A stretch of DNA of 43,258 nucleotides, from contig JBAVIK010000162.1 in NCBI GenBank assembly GCA_049686815.1, positions 1-43,258 on the forward strand. The letters run 5' to 3'. A program made the position numbers and the translations under genes. The first letter of the stretch is position 1; each line of letters starts with the position of its first letter. Of this stretch, positions 15,603 to 25,100 are shown one piece after another. The notes below the pieces were generated by a model. The model was given only the letters and a program-made list of their open reading frames with translations. It was not told where the DNA came from and searched no databases. This DNA comes from Acidimicrobiia bacterium. Lineage in GTDB: Bacteria; Actinomycetota; Acidimicrobiia; Spongiisociales; ZC4RG35.

Positions 15603-18600
15603 TTGCTTTGGGGCCCAGGAGTTCCTTCAATTCGGCAAAAAGCGAAGACCGTGGCTCCACTTTGTGGGCGTCGCTGAGTCGGAGCACTTTGGTATCACCG
15701 TTGTCGGTCATGTGGAGGAATACAGAAGCCGAACCGGGGTGATTCTTGAGTATCGCCTTGAGACGATTTACTACTTCGGGTGTGAGACGCCCCGCTGGGG
15801 CAGCGAGACGGACCGAGGAGTCGTCTCTGACCTGCAACTCCTTGATCTCGCGAGCGACAACCTTGACGTCATCGCCGCGATGATCCAGGTTGCCCGAAAT
15901 GACGAGCACGGAGTCCTCGACGATGAAAGGCCCGTAGTCGTGGACCGTTCTGGGAAAGGCGATACATTCCACCGAGCCCTGAAGATCCTCGAGTTGAAAG
16001 AACAGCATCGGGTCTCCACTCTTGGTCCATCGTCTGGTGATCGCGCCGACAATCCCGCCGACTGTAAGAGACGCTCGATCGGTCAGGTCTACGAGTTCCG
16101 CGATCGACGTCGACGTGGCCGCGGCCAGAGCCGCACCCATCGACAGCAGCGGGTGATCGGAAACGTATAGTCCGAGCATCTCCTTTTCGAATGCGAGGCG
16201 AGTCTTCTGGGGCCAGGAGAGATCTGGAACCTCGATTTCAGTCTGCTCCGCGGTCGAGTCGTCACCGGCGAAAAGCGAGTATTGACCCATCTCCTCATTA
16301 CGTCTTCTCTCGATGGTGGCATCGAGAATCTGCTCGTAGACAAGAGTCAGGCCTTTTCGGGTCTGGCCCACAGCGTCAAAAGCGCCGGCCTTGATCAAGG
16401 ACTCGACTGTTCGCTTGTTGAGAGCAGCGGTGTCGACGCGATTTACGAAATCCACAAAAGACTCGAAGGGTGTCACGGTCCGCGCTTCGATCACCTTCTC
16501 GACGACGCCCTCACCTACGTTGCGCACGGCGGAGAGACCGAAACGGATTCGCCCGTCCCTGACTGTGAAGTCGGATTCCGATTCGTTGACGTCCGGCACC
16601 AATACCTGAATGCCCATCTGGCGACATTCGTTCAGATACACACCCGTCTTGTCCTTGTTGCTCTTGGTAGCGGTGAGAAGAGAGGCAAGGAACTCGGCCG
16701 GGTGATGAGCTTTCAGATAGGCGGTTTGATACGCAACCAAGCCGTACCCTGCGGAATGTGATTTGTTGAAGCCGTAGCCAGCGAAATGCTCGATTAGCCG
16801 AAACAGCTCACGACCGGTCTCATCTGAATGGCCCTGGGCGACGCAACCAGTGACAAACTTCTCCTCCTCGGCCTGCATCACCGACTTGATCTTCTTCCCC
16901 ATCGCTCGCCGAAGCTCATCGGCGTCGGCCATCGAGTAGCCCGCCATTTCCTGAGCCACGGTCATCACTTGCTCTTGATAGACCATGATCTGGTAGGTGT
17001 CCGCAAGCTTTTCAGTCAGGGCGGGATGCAGCACCTCGACCTCGGCCCGACCGTTCTTCCTATCGGCGTAGAGGTTGTGCATGTTGGCACCCATCGGCCC
17101 GGGTCGAAATAGGGCCACGAGTGCAACGACGTCGTTGAAGCTGTCCGGTCCCAGCGACCTGATCAGGGCCCTCATCGCCGACCCCTCCATCTGAAATACC
17201 CCAATCGTGTTCCCGGACTGGAGTAGTTCGAAGGTCTTCTCATCATCGAGGGGAACATTGTCGATGTCGATTGAATGACCGGTCGATCGCTCAACGAGTT
17301 CCAGGCACCGATCGATGATGGAGAGCGTGCTCAATCCGAGGAAGTCCATCTTCAAGAGACCGAGGTCCTCGACTCCGTGCATTTCGAATTGAGTCACCAT
17401 CTCGGCATCTGCACCCTTGCGCTGGACCGGCACGATGTTGGTCAAACGTTCCGGAGCGATCACCACGGCTGCAGCATGGATGGAGTCCTGCCTCCGAAGA
17501 CCCTCGAGGCCCCTTGCCGCATCGACGATTTCCCTGACCGCGGGATCGGCGTCATACATGTCCCGCAGCCCTTGAGCATTGGAGTACCAGTCGCGCAATT
17601 CGGATGCAGCCCCGCTGGATGGGGCTGTCAGGACCTGGTCGAGACTGGGATCTTTACCAAGTATCGAGGGAGGCATTGACTTGGCGATCCGGTCCCCCAT
17701 CGAGTACGGGTGACCAAGGACCCGGGCCGCGTCACGGATCGCCTGCTTTCCCTTGATCGTCGAAAACGTGATGATCTGTGCAACCCGATCATCCCCGTAC
17801 TTCTCTGCGGCATACCGGATCATCTCTCCGCGATAGCGATCGTCGAAGTCCATATCGATATCCGGCATCGACTTTCGACCAGGGTTCAGGAACCTCTCGA
17901 AGATGAGGCCGTACTCGAGTGGATCGATATCTGTGATTCTCAGGCAGTACGAGACGATCGAGCCAGCCGCCGACCCTCTGCCGGGGCCGACCCGGATGCC
18001 GTTTTCTCGGGCATGGCGAATCAGATCCCAGACGATGAGGAAATATGCGGGGAACCCCATCTCTTCGATGATCTTCAGCTCATGCTCAACCCGCTCCCAA
18101 GCCACGGAGCCAGGATCTGAGCCGTACCTGTCCCGTGCCCCAGCCTCGACCAGCGACCGAAGATATGTGACCTCGGTCTCCCCCTCCGGAACCGGGAATT
18201 GGGGAAGGAGGATGTTGCCGAACTCGAGATGAACGTTCGCCCGCTCTGCCACCCACAGCGTGTTGTCGCACGCGTCGACAAACTGGTCCGCGGGAAAGAG
18301 ACGTCGCATCTCCTCCGCAGATTTCAAGTAGTGCTCTGATCCGTCGAATTTGAGGCGCCCCGGCTCGTTCCTGAGCGAACCTGTCTGAATGCAAAGCAGA
18401 ACGTCGTGAGCTTCGTGCTCGTCGCGACGGGTGTAGTGGGCATCGTTGGTTGCCAGAAGTGGTGCACCTGTCTTGACCGACACCTCCAACAAGTCACCCA
18501 TCACCCGCTTCTGAGCCTCCAGACCGTGATCCTGAATCTCGATGAAGAAGTTGTCCTTGCCGAAGACATCCTGAAATCGACCGGCCGCCTTGATTGCAGC

Positions 18601-19089
18601 GTCGAAATCGCGAATTCCACCCTTGTTGCCCTCCTCACTGACATCAGGGCCGAGCAACTGCGGCACCAGCCCACCCAAGCAACCTGATGTTGCGATGAGA
18701 CCTTCAGAGTGTTGTGCCAGCAGCTCGATATCCATTCTCGGCTTGTAGTAGTACCCATCCAGGTAGGCCTTCGAGGACAGTTGGAGGAGATTGCGATAGC
18801 CGGTCTCGTTCTCGGCGAGGAGGTTCATGTGATACCGCTTGTTGGCCGAACCGGTCGGCCGATCCAGGCGTGACCCATCTACGAAGTACGCCTCGATACC
18901 GATGATGGGTTTGATCCCGACCTCGGCGGCCGTCTTTACAAACTCAACAACCCCGTAGAGGTTGCCGTGATCTGTGATGGCTATAGCCGGCTGCCCATCG
19001 GCGGCAGCGGCCGCCGCAACGTCCTTGATTCGCGCTGCCCCATCAAGCAGTGAGTACTCGGTGTGGAGATGGAGATGAGCGAATGACAC
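15595..19089 (-). CDS. dnaE: DNA polymerase III alpha subunit (DnaE1 type)
   Basis: ORF track, 1164 aa. PHP domain HLHLHTEYSLLDGA, catalytic PDIDMDF, HhH and OB regions. The 3' end overlaps the convergent HAD gene by 8 nt. Confidence 0.97.
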   Translation of the reverse strand: MSFAHLHLHTEYSLLDGAARIKDVAAAAAADGQPAIAITDHGNLYGVVEFVKTAAEVGIKPIIGIEAYFVDGSRLDRPTGSANKRYHMNLLAENETGYRNLLQLSSKAYLDGYYYKPRMDIELLAQHSEGLIATSGCLGGLVPQLLGPDVSEEGNKGGIRDFDAAIKAAGRFQDVFGKDNFFIEIQDHGLEAQKRVMGDLLEVSVKTGAPLLATNDAHYTRRDEHEAHDVLLCIQTGSLRNEPGRLKFDGSEHYLKSAEEMRRLFPADQFVDACDNTLWVAERANVHLEFGNILLPQFPVPEGETEVTYLRSLVEAGARDRYGSDPGSVAWERVEHELKIIEEMGFPAYFLIVWDLIRHARENGIRVGPGRGSAAGSIVSYCLRITDIDPLEYGLIFERFLNPGRKSMPDIDMDFDDRYRGEMIRYAAEKYGDDRVAQIITFSTIKGKQAIRDAARVLGHPYSMGDRIAKSMPPSILGKDPSLDQVLTAPSSGAASELRDWYSNAQGLRDMYDADPAVREIVDAARGLEGLRRQDSIHAAAVVIAPERLTNIVPVQRKGADAEMVTQFEMHGVEDLGLLKMDFLGLSTLSIIDRCLELVERSTGHSIDIDNVPLDDEKTFELLQSGNTIGVFQMEGSAMRALIRSLGPDSFNDVVALVALFRPGPMGANMHNLYADRKNGRAEVEVLHPALTEKLADTYQIMVYQEQVMTVAQEMAGYSMADADELRRAMGKKIKSVMQAEEEKFVTGCVAQGHSDETGRELFRLIEHFAGYGFNKSHSAGYGLVAYQTAYLKAHHPAEFLASLLTATKSNKDKTGVYLNECRQMGIQVLVPDVNESESDFTVRDGRIRFGLSAVRNVGEGVVEKVIEARTVTPFESFVDFVNRVDTAALNKRTVESLIKAGAFDAVGQTRKGLTLVYEQILDATIERRRNEEMGQYSLFAGDDSTAEQTEIEVPDLSWPQKTRLAFEKEMLGLYVSDHPLLSMGAALAAATSTSIAELVDLTDRASLTVGGIVGAITRRWTKSGDPMLFFQLEDLQGSVECIAFPRTVHDYGPFIVEDSVLVISGNLDHRGDDVKVVAREIKELQVRDDSSVRLAAPAGRLTPEVVNRLKAILKNHPGSASVFLHMTDNGDTKVLRLSDAHKVEPRSSLFAELKELLGPKAII

Positions 19090-19194
19090 TGTTACCGCGG
19101 AGCCTGACTTACAGGTGTGTAGTTCGTTGAATGTAGCAGGGCGGCATTGTGGTGGCGACGTCGAATCCCAGGTCGCGAAAACCTCGTATGACGA

Positions 19195-20022
19195 CTAGAC
19201 CAGAACTGCCACGATCGATAGCAGGGCCACAGCGAACCCCACGACAGTCCTCCACGCCACGGCGTTTCTACCTCTCACACGCGACCAGATCTCGCCAATC
19301 ACGAGACCCGCAAGAAAACCTCCGAGATGGGCCTGCCAGGAGATCGTCCTCACGAAGAACGGGATCGCTGCGTTGAGAAGAAGCAGAAAACCTATCTGCC
19401 TGAGGAGCATCCGGCCGTGAACAGTGTCTCGTCGGTGGAGTGCCCAGTCCAGCCAGATTCCGAAAAGCCCGAAAATCGCACCAGACGCGCCCACCGCGAC
19501 ATCACCAATATCGCCGAGGTAGTAGGCAAAGGCACCGCCGACCCCGGCCGCAGCAATGTAGAGGCTCACAAAAGGCCAGGTGCCTACACCCCGTTCGATC
19601 TGGGGGCCGAGCACCCAAAGAGCCCACCCATTGAACAACAAGTGTGTGATTGAAGCGTGCAGCAGGACCGGTGTGAATATGCGCCACCACTCCCCCGCCT
19701 CGACCAGCCAATTGGCCTGGGCAAAAGCCTCGAACACCGCATTGCCACCCGCACGACCAAAGCCAGAGAGGACGAACCCCAATACGGCCAAACCAAGAAA
19801 TGTCATGGTCGCCGGAGTCCCCGTCCTGCTCCTGGCTGATCCGGTCGGGATGATCTTTTGTGGGCCTTCCTCGTGTACACATTCCGGACACCTCTGCCCC
19901 ACAGAGGCATCGATCGAACAGGACGCACAGATCGGCCGGCCACACCGACTGCACTCGAGAAGAGTGTGTCGATCGGGATGCCGGTAGCACACCGGGGCTG
20001 CGGTCGTGTTGTCCTGTGTCAC
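19195..20022 (-). CDS. rhomboid-family intramembrane serine protease with an N-terminal Cys-rich zinc-ribbon-like domain
   Basis: ORF track, 275 aa. CYRHPDRHTLLECSRCGRPICASCS...CPEC, WRIFTPVLLHASITHLLFN, catalytic Ser in GASGAIFGLFG and His in HLGGFLAG. GTG start. Confidence 0.88.
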   Translation of the reverse strand: MTQDNTTAAPVCYRHPDRHTLLECSRCGRPICASCSIDASVGQRCPECVHEEGPQKIIPTGSARSRTGTPATMTFLGLAVLGFVLSGFGRAGGNAVFEAFAQANWLVEAGEWWRIFTPVLLHASITHLLFNGWALWVLGPQIERGVGTWPFVSLYIAAAGVGGAFAYYLGDIGDVAVGASGAIFGLFGIWLDWALHRRDTVHGRMLLRQIGFLLLLNAAIPFFVRTISWQAHLGGFLAGLVIGEIWSRVRGRNAVAWRTVVGFAVALLSIVAVLV

Positions 20023-20029
20023 AGCAGAA

Positions 20030-20035
20030 ACGGTA
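20030..20035 (-). promoter_or_regulatory. candidate -10 hexamer TACCGT, 7 nt before the rhomboid GTG
   Basis: Minus strand reads cgga TACCGT ttctgct GTG. The hexamer and spacing match those upstream of polA. The gene may instead be co-transcribed with rluD. Confidence 0.2.
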
Positions 20036-20049
20036 TCCGACAGAGACGG

Positions 20050-20970
20050 CTAGTCGGTACCGATCGAACCCAGATCCATCAGAACCTGGTCCAAATCATC
20101 GGGTAGTGGTGAAGTCACATCGATCAAGATCCCCTTGTCCGGGTGGGGGAACTTCAGTTGGGCCGCGTGCAGGAAGATCCGAGGTGCCACTGCCTTAACC
20201 TGGCTCGACCCATAGATCCGGTCGCCGATCACCGGATGTCCTATCGCCGCGAGGTGAACGCGGATCTGATGTGTGCGCCCGGTTTCCAAACTCACATCCA
20301 GTAGCGAGCAATTGGACCCTTCGAAGACCCGAGCTACCTCGTAGTGGGTCCTCGCCTGCTTTCCACCGTCCACCACCGCCCGACGGGTGGGCCGGCTGGG
20401 GTCGCGGCCGATGGGCGCGTCGATGGTGCCTGTCGGTGCGCTGAGAATCCCGTCGACGAGGGTTGTGTACCGTCTGGAAACCGTCCGGTCTCGGAGCAGC
20501 GCCGCCAATGTCTCGAAGGATGTCTGTGTCAAGGCCACCATCAACACACCGGAGGTGTCCTTGTCGAGGCGATGCACGATTCCCCAACGACCCGGGGCCC
20601 CGACCCCTTTCAAGTTGGGGTATCGGTAGAGAAGACCGGCCGCCAGAGTGCCCTGTTGGTTACCCGATCCCGGATGCACCACAAGTCCAGCCGGTTTGTC
20701 CACGACCGCGACCGATTGGTCTTCGTAGAGGATCCCGAACTCGACCGGCTCGGGCTCGAGCGCTGACTCGTCTGGCGGCGGCGGGGTGATGATCACCTGA
20801 CCCGGCCTGAGCCGATCGCCGGGTTTGGATGGGTGACCGTCGACAGTCACACCGCCGTCAAGCATGTCGCGCGCCAGTGTGCGACTCACCGACAGCAGGA
20901 CCGCCAATGCCTTGTCGAGGCGGGCACCGTCGAGCGCATCAGGGACGGTCAGCTCTATCTCGTTCGCCAC
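20050..20970 (-). CDS. rluD: RluA-family 23S rRNA pseudouridine synthase (RluD-like)
   Basis: Track ORF 20050..21039 trimmed to GTG 20970 (VANEIELTVPD...), which overlaps the lspA end by 16 nt. S4-like N-domain and catalytic HRLDKDTSGVLMVA. Confidence 0.9.
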   Translation of the reverse strand: MANEIELTVPDALDGARLDKALAVLLSVSRTLARDMLDGGVTVDGHPSKPGDRLRPGQVIITPPPPDESALEPEPVEFGILYEDQSVAVVDKPAGLVVHPGSGNQQGTLAAGLLYRYPNLKGVGAPGRWGIVHRLDKDTSGVLMVALTQTSFETLAALLRDRTVSRRYTTLVDGILSAPTGTIDAPIGRDPSRPTRRAVVDGGKQARTHYEVARVFEGSNCSLLDVSLETGRTHQIRVHLAAIGHPVIGDRIYGSSQVKAVAPRIFLHAAQLKFPHPDKGILIDVTSPLPDDLDQVLMDLGSIGTD

Positions 20971-21428
20971 GCGTGGAGTACCAATAGGGCGACCGCAACG
21001 GTCACAGACGCGTCGGCGATATTGAAAGTCGGGATCCACCAGAGATCGATCCAGTCGATTACGGGCCCGTCGAGAAAACCAACTCCTCGAAAGATTCGAT
21101 CGAGCAGGTTGCCAACAGCTCCCCCAATCACCATGCCGAGGGCAACCACTTCGAGTGCCGGACGCGAGGCACGGAGCGCGGCGAGCACGAAAAGTGTCAC
21201 GCCGATGGCGGCAACGCCGATTATCTGACCTCCGTTTTGAAATAGTGAGAATGCCCCACCGGGATTCTCGAGGAAAGTGAAAGTCAAGAAGCCGGGAATC
21301 ACCTCAACGGGCGAATCGACAAAATGGATAGACGCGTATCGCTTTGTGATGAGGTCGGCAACGACGATTATCGCTGCCGTCCCCAGAGCGAACGAGTATC
21401 TCCGAATCAACTGGACTTGGCCGCGCAC
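20955..21428 (-). CDS. lspA: lipoprotein signal peptidase (signal peptidase II)
   Basis: ORF track, 157 aa. 4 TM, NPGGAFS, GGAVGNLLDRI and FNIADASV (catalytic Asp pair). TTG 21410 forms a TTGA stop/start overlap with the upstream gene and is an equally plausible start. Confidence 0.88.
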   Translation of the reverse strand: MRGQVQLIRRYSFALGTAAIIVVADLITKRYASIHFVDSPVEVIPGFLTFTFLENPGGAFSLFQNGGQIIGVAAIGVTLFVLAALRASRPALEVVALGMVIGGAVGNLLDRIFRGVGFLDGPVIDWIDLWWIPTFNIADASVTVAVALLVLHAWRTR

Positions 21429-21781
21429 TCGACACAGCGGGTCGAGTAGGGAAGAACATCCAGTCGCTCGATAGGTATGGATTTCCCGCAGGACTCGCAG
21501 ATGCCGTAGTCACCGGTACCAACACGATCGAGCGCATGGTCGACCTTGCGCAACAGATCCAGGGTGTTCTGTTCGATCGAGAGCTCTTTAGCGTATTCCA
21601 TCTTCATCGAGCTCGCTTCGGCATTCCCGGGGTCCGGACTTCTGTCCGAAGAGCTCTCGGTGAGACGAGCGACCTCGAGTTCCCGCTCGTATTCCTCGAT
21701 CAGCACCTCGAGACGCGCCTTTTCCTCTTCCAGACGCTTCTGGAAGCGGTCAAGCGTCGATTTCGCCAGTTTCCGTGTCAC
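21407..21781 (-). CDS. TraR/DksA-family C4 zinc-finger protein
   Basis: ORF track, 124 aa, GTG start with GAAGGAA upstream. N-terminal coiled coil, then CESC-X17-CVEC. Confidence 0.8.
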   Translation of the reverse strand: MTRKLAKSTLDRFQKRLEEEKARLEVLIEEYERELEVARLTESSSDRSPDPGNAEASSMKMEYAKELSIEQNTLDLLRKVDHALDRVGTGDYGICESCGKSIPIERLDVLPYSTRCVECAAKSS

Positions 21782-21817
21782 GAGATTCCTTCTGAAAGGG
21801 CGGGAACCCTACCAACG

Positions 21818-22108
21818 TCATAGATACATGCGGAGTTTCCGCTCTACCGAATCGGTCTCCATCCCGGACACCTGAAACACCTTGTGCCTGCTCGACATTC
21901 CCCCTACAAGAACGACTTTCGATCCAAGGATCTCCGTGAGGTAGCGAATCGCCTCCTTGTTCGCCCGACCTTTCTCGGCAGGTGCGGCGATTCTGACACG
22001 CAGCTTCTGGTCGTAGAGACCGGTTATCTCACTCCTGGCGGCGCCGGGCACCACCCATATGTCGAGGGTCACACCGGCATCTGTAGATCGGATGGGGCCA
22101 TCGTCCAT
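21818..22108 (-). CDS. yggU: DUF167/YggU-family protein
   Basis: Track ORF 21818..22219 trimmed to ATG 22108 (MDDGPIRS...). GVTLDIWVVPGAARSEITG...LRVRIAAPAEKGRANKEAIRYL is typical of DUF167. Confidence 0.75.
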   Translation of the reverse strand: MDDGPIRSTDAGVTLDIWVVPGAARSEITGLYDQKLRVRIAAPAEKGRANKEAIRYLTEILGSKVVLVGGMSSRHKVFQVSGMETDSVERKLRMYL

Positions 22109-22135
22109 TTGCACACCGTACGTCGGGTCGAGAGA

Positions 22136-22147
22136 AGATGCGCATCT
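22136..22147. repeat. perfect 12-bp palindrome AGATGCGCATCT in the divergent yggU-ileS spacer
   Basis: Read directly. Lies 28 nt upstream of the yggU ATG and 51 nt upstream of the ileS TTG. Its function as an operator is speculative. Confidence 0.3.
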
Positions 22148-22197
22148 AGCGGGCTCGCCTACCATTCCGCCTTCGCTACACCTCCCACGGAGCAACC

Positions 22198-25100
22198 TTG
22201 ACACCGAGGAACAACGCATTTACACGGGTCGAGCCCGGAGTTCGGTTCCCAGATCTGGAGACAAAGATCCTTCAGTACTGGCGGGAAACCAACGCGTTTC
22301 CGGTCTCCGTTGAACGCCGACCCGAGAACCACGAATACGTGTTCTATGACGGCCCTCCGTTCCCGACGGGAAGTCCCCACTATGGGAATCTCCTCGCAGG
22401 GGTGATCAAGGACATGGTCCCGCGGTATTGGACGATGCGTGGCTTTCGGGTGGAGCGACGATTTGGCTGGGACACGCACGGGCTTCCTATTGAGATGGAA
22501 GTCGAGAAAAGGCTCGGAATCTCGGGCCCTACCGAGATAGACGCATACGGAATCGATCGTTTCAACGAAGCATGCCGTATCGAAGTCCAAGCCAACACCG
22601 AAGCCTGGGAATCACTCACCGAGCGAATCGGCCGATGGGTTGACTTCGAGCACGACTACCGCACTATGGACCCTGAGTTCATGGAAACCGTTTGGTGGGT
22701 TTTCAAACAACTCTGGGACAAAGACCTGATTTACAAAGATTTCAAGGTGCTGCCCTATTCCTGGGGTGCCACCACTCCCCTATCAAACTTCGAGGCCAAC
22801 CTGGAGTACCAGGACGTCGATGACCCGTCGATCACCGTGCGCCTGAAAGTCACCGAGCCGTCCGGGCCAGTCGAGGCAGGTGACTACCTGCTGATTTGGA
22901 CGACAACGCCTTGGACACTTCCGGGCAATCTCGCGGTCGCAGTTGGCGTAGATCACGAGTACTCGAAGGTGAGCCTTGAGAACGAAACGCACGCTGGCCA
23001 CTACTGGGTCGTCTCAGACCAGGTCGAGGCGGTCTTTGGTGAAGAGGCCACGGTTGTCACCACCGTTTCCGGGCAACAGCTTTTGGGCGTTTCCTACGAG
23101 CCTCCGTTTGACTATTTCGGCGAAGAAAGGGATCGCGGCGCCTTTCGGACGATCGAATCTGCCGACGTCACTGTCGATGAAGGGACCGGGCTGGTTCACA
23201 TGGCACCCGCATACGGTGAGTCCGACTTCTTCGCGCTTCAGAATGCTGGCCTCAACTTGCTGGTCGACCCGGTTGACGCTGAGGGCTCGTTCACCGACCA
23301 GGTACCCGAGGTCGCGGGTCGCAACATCAAGGATGCCGACCGGATCCTCATCAGACTGCTCGAGGAGGCAGGCAAACTGGTCAGATCAGAGCGGATAACC
23401 CACTCGTACCCGTTCTGTTATCGCACCCATACTCCACTCATATACAAGGCGATTCCAACCTGGTTTGTGGCCGTCGAGCGGTTTCGCGACCGAATGGTCG
23501 AGCTGAACGAGGACATCCACTGGGTTCCGGACTACGTGGGCACTCGCCGATTCGGCAATTGGCTGGCAGGCGCACGGGATTGGGCGATCAGCCGAAATCG
23601 ATATTGGGGCTCGTGTATTCCGGTTTGGGAGTGCGACTCCTGTGACGAAACCACGGCCATTGGCTCCGTCGACGAGTTGCAGGCCCTGTCCGGGCAGCGA
23701 CCTGACGATCTCCACAAACACGTAATCGACGAGATCGTCTGGCCATGTTCCAACTGCGACGGAACCATGACACGTGTCCCCGAAGTGCTCGACTGCTGGT
23801 TCGAGTCGGGCTCCATGCCATACGGCAAGCTCCACTATCCATTCGAGAACAAGGAGCGCTTCGAATCCACCTATCCGGCTCAGTTCATTGCCGAGGGACT
23901 CGACCAGACTCGTGGTTGGTTCTACACCCTCATTGTGTTGTCGACCGCTCTGTTCGACCGCCCGGCGTTTGAGAATTGCGTGGTCAACGGGATGATCCTC
24001 GCCGAAGACGGCCGCAAGATGTCGAAGAGCCTCAAGAACTACCCCGACCCCTCTGAGATCTTCGACGAACACGGGGCCGATGCGCTCAGGGCATTCCTCA
24101 TCAATTCACCGGTGTTGCGCGCCGAGCCGCTCCGATTCTCCAAGGATGGTGTCGCCGAGGTTGTCCGAACGGTGCTCCTCCCGATGTGGAACACATATTC
24201 GTTCTTCACCACCTATGCCGAGGCGGACGGGATAACCGTTGAGGACCTCGCATCTGCTCCAGACGTAACGGACCGACCTGACATGGATCGGTGGATCATC
24301 TCGGTGTTGCAGAGTCTCGTTGACGAGGTGAACACCCAGATGGAGGGCTACTACCTGTACAACGTGGTTCCGCCGACTCTGGGCTTCATAGATCACCTGA
24401 CCAATTGGTATGTGCGTCGAAGCCGCCGCCGGTTCTGGCGAGCTCGGGGCGAGAGCGGAGACTCAGACGCCGACAAGTTGGCAGCCTTCGCCACTCTGTA
24501 CGAAGTGCTGACCACCTTCACCGAGGTTCTAGCTCCTGTTCTTCCATTCATCACCGAACACATCTACCAGGACCTCGTTGCTCGACACGACAGCGACGCT
24601 CCATCCAGCGTCCATCACCGGGACTTCCCCGTGGCCAAAGACGGTTTGATCGACGATGACTTGGAAACCTGGATGTCCACCGTTCGCGAAGTGGTTCGAC
24701 TGGGTCGAACCCTCCGCAAGAAAGAGGGGCACCGAGTGAGGCAACCATTGGCCCGGCTCACCGTGCTCACTAGAAGTTCAACCCTTGCTGCTGCGGTGCG
24801 AGCTCATGGCGACATCATTTCAGATGAGCTGAACGTCAAAGAGGTCATCGTCAGCGACGACGAGACCTCGCTCGTCACTCTCTCCACAAAAGCCAACTAT
24901 CGACGACTTGGCCCGGTGTTGGGCTCGCGGATGGCTCCAATCGGCCGCCAGATTGAGGAGCTCGACAACCTGAAGATCGAAGCCCTCATTGATGGTGACA
25001 CGCTGAACGTGGACGGAGTCCCGATCACGATCGACGACGTGATCATCGACCGGACCCCGATCGACGGCACGATCGTGGAAACCGGCCCTGAATTCGCTTG

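Noticed and set aside
19150-19175. GGCGACGTCGAATCCCAGGTCGC resembling a tRNA T-arm, or a terminator after the rhomboid gene
   Set aside because: No acceptor, D or anticodon arms can be built around it. The stem is only 5 bp (GCGAC/GTCGC) with a 12-14-nt loop and no U-tract.
21900-22197. Possible T-box riboswitch leader for ileS
   Set aside because: There is no T-box core sequence, specifier loop or antiterminator/anti-SD helix. The spacer is only 89 nt. This was read by eye only, so a covariance-model scan should confirm it.
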